Assembly: GCA_950097015.1 (NCBI GenBank) | Contig: CATNEN010000038.1 | Location: 27,342,001-27,406,000 of the forward strand | Direction: 5' to 3' | Length of the DNA stretch: 64,000 nucleotides | Origin: Macrostomum hystrix | Taxonomy: Eukaryota; Animalia; Platyhelminthes | Part shown: piece by piece, positions 62,050-64,000 of the stretch | Position numbering within the stretch: the stretch's first letter is position 1 | How the letters are laid out: each line of letters starts with the position of its first letter | Program-made: the position numbers and the translations under genes | Notes under the pieces: model-generated | Told to the model about the DNA's origin: nothing | What the model saw: only the letters and a program-made list of their open reading frames with translations | Databases searched by the model: none

Positions 62050-63825
62050 CTAAAAAATATTTCGCTTAAAAATCCAAGCAAATTCGTCAATCAACGCGTC
62101 TGCAGTCGATTGGTCTATGGCTCGAATCTCCAATCGAATTGACGCGCCAGATTCTTCAACCAGCGTCTTAGCCAGCATTGACACGGGTCGATTGCGCGAG
62201 TCCACCGCAGCAAATAACAAAGACGAATACGCTTTTGTAGTCGGCGAAGTCAACAACGGTCGGGCGATGACGCCTAGACGATGGGAGACAACTAGGGAAG
62301 TGCATCCTGGCAACAGTTGCTGGGCTTGGCCGTCTAGCTCGCCCTGAGCAATGAGTCGCTGAAGTTGTTCAGTCGTAGCCGTTTGATCCGGCCGCAACTG
62401 GGAGGTCAGGCGAAGCGATGGCAGGCGAATCTCCAAGCTGTCCGCCGAGTTTGACGAGCCGACTAGATGACACCGGAGCTTCAGACGAGCGCGACGCTTA
62501 TTGCTCCACTGTGGAGATTGGAAATGAAGGCAAAGGATGAGGCGAAGTTTCGGCGGGCTAAGGATGTGGGGAATGAGGCTAATGATGTGGGGAATGAGGC
62601 TAATGATGTGGGGAATGAGGCTAATGATGTGGGGAATGAGGCTAATGATGTGGGGAATGAGGTTAATGATGTGGGGAATGAGGCTAATGATGTGGGGAAT
62701 GAGGCTAATGATGTGGAGAATGAGGCTAATGATGTGGGGAATGAGGCTAATGATGTGGGGAATGAGGCTAATGATGTGGGGAATGAGGCTAATGATGTGG
62801 GGAATGAGGCTAATGATGTGGGGAATGAGGCTAATGATGTGGGGAATGAGGCTAATGATGTGGGGAATGAGGCTAATGATGTGAGGAATGAGGCTAATGA
62901 TGTGGGGAATGAGGCTAATGATGTGGGGAATGAGGCTAATGATGTGGGGAATGAGGCTAATGATGTGAGGAATGAGGCTAATGATGTGGGGAATGAGGCT
63001 AATGATGTGGGGAATGAGGCTAATGATGTGGGGAATGAGGCTAATGATGTGGGGATTGAGGCTAATGATGTGGGGAATGAGGCTAATGATGTGGGGAATG
63101 AGGCTAATGATGTGGGGAATGAGGCTAATGATGTGGGGAATGAGGCTAATGATGTGGGGAATGAGGCTAATGATGTGGGGAATGAGGCTAATGATGTGGG
63201 GAATGAGGCTAATGATGTGGGGATTGAGGCTAATGATGTGGGGAATGAGGCTAATGATGTGGGGAATGAGGCTAATGATGTGGGTAATGAGGCTCCCCAC
63301 ATAATTATGTGTTATAAAGAATGATGTTATAAAACTCACAGGCACACAGATCGGTTCGCTGCAGTGTCCCGGTGCCAGAGGACAGCCCGGAATGTGAATA
63401 GGTTCAGAAGAGTCCATCAGGGCTGTGTGCAAAATGTGAGCGGAGGCCACAGCTCGATTCCCGGAGGCACGCAGTCTCAGGCGCAGCAGTTTTTGTCCGG
63501 CATTAGTTGGCCAGGCCAGCTCAAGATAAGCTGACGCAGTTTTCAAATCTGAGCTATCACTAGCGCCCGAATCAACGGTAGCTACAGTCAGCCACAGAGG
63601 TGTGACATCCTTTGAACGATTGGGCCTAGACGGTAGGCACTCGTAATCGCCCTGAGATGAGCTAACCGATGCGTTCTTTGGCTTCGCATTCAATTTCGGC
63701 TTTCTCTGCTTCTCCTGCTCATGTTCAGGCGACGGCGTTGGAGACTTTCGGCCGACCTTTCTAGACTTCTTCTTCCTTGTTGAAGAGGCCGGTTCCACTG
63801 CTGGCGAGTCTAGAACTCTGGACAC
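62050..63825 (-). CDS. Last two exons (63825-63340, 62508-62050) of a gene entering from beyond the window; probable AP-3 complex delta subunit hinge and ear
   Basis: Acceptor CTAAT...TGCAG before 63825, donor GTGAGT at 63339, acceptor at 62509; Lys-rich hinge followed by an appendage-like C-terminus (EQLQRLIAQGEL ... VSMLAK ... DALIDEF) recalling AP3D1 from memory; identity tentative. Confidence 0.5.
   Translation of the reverse strand: MSRVLDSPAVEPASSTRKKKSRKVGRKSPTPSPEHEQEKQRKPKLNAKPKNASVSSSQGDYECLPSRPNRSKDVTPLWLTVATVDSGASDSSDLKTASAYLELAWPTNAGQKLLRLRLRASGNRAVASAHILHTALMDSSEPIHIPGCPLAPGHCSEPICVPVSFITSFFITHNYVGSLITHIISLIPHIISLIPHIISLNPHIISLIPHIISLIPHIISLIPHIISLIPHIISLIPHIISLIPHIISLIPHIISLNPHIISLIPHIISLIPHIISLIPHIISLIPHIISLIPHIISLIPHIISLIPHIISLIPHIISLIPHIISLIPHIISLIPHIISLIPHIISLIPHIISLIPHIISLIPHIISLILHIISLIPHIISLIPHIINLIPHIISLIPHIISLIPHIISLIPHIISLIPHILSPPKLRLILCLHFQSPQWSNKRRARLKLRCHLVGSSNSADSLEIRLPSLRLTSQLRPDQTATTEQLQRLIAQGELDGQAQQLLPGCTSLVVSHRLGVIARPLLTSPTTKAYSSLLFAAVDSRNRPVSMLAKTLVEESGASIRLEIRAIDQSTADALIDEFAWIFKRNIF
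62563..63293. repeat. 21-bp intronic minisatellite
   Basis: GATGTGGGGAATGAGGCTAAT, about 35 units. Confidence 0.97.
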
Positions 63826-63854
63826 CTGCATTTAGAAGGGATTCGAATTAGCAA

Positions 63855-63995
63855 TGGGTAACTGTGGATTGGATAACGGTGGATGGGATAACTTTGGATG
63901 GGATTACTGTGGATTGGATAACGGTGGATGGGATTACTTTGGATGGGATCACTGTGGATGGGATAACTGTGGATGGGATAACTGGATGGGGTAAT
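63855..63995. repeat. 15-bp intronic minisatellite running off the window
   Basis: GGATGGGATAACTGT units. Confidence 0.85.
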
Positions 63996-64000
63996 GTGAA

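Noticed and set aside
62050-63831. Single-exon 593-aa protein with (IISLIPH)n
   Set aside because: Canonical donor GTGAGT and acceptor flank the repeat, and the apparent ATG lies inside an acceptor site; modelled as two exons.

Overview
Gene-dense, intron-rich animal DNA. The minisatellite-filled introns and tRNA-SINEs resemble the flatworm Macrostomum, but that is an impression, not an identification. Hand-splicing gave eight gene models with GT-AG introns in consistent phase: NOL9/Grc3-type RNA kinase (-), OSGEP/Kae1 (-), a MAM-like single-pass membrane protein (+), p190RhoGAP (+), an unusual small-GTPase/ankyrin fusion (+), a prodomain-less caspase with QSCRT (+), an ankyrin/DHHC-type protein lacking the catalytic Cys (-), and the 3' end of a probable AP-3 delta subunit (-). 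Mobile DNA includes a dead non-LTR RT fragment, two tRNA-derived SINE families, two hAT-type non-autonomous elements with 8-bp TSDs, a solo LTR and foldback MITE-like elements. About 25 different minisatellite arrays occupy most long introns and 3' flanks. The most striking signal is that in several introns the repeat unit resembles that intron's own splice junctions, with the real donor and acceptor sitting in the first and last diverged units. This suggests introns built or refilled by tandem amplification of splice-junction DNA. The long repetitive ORFs in the ORF track are read-throughs of these arrays.
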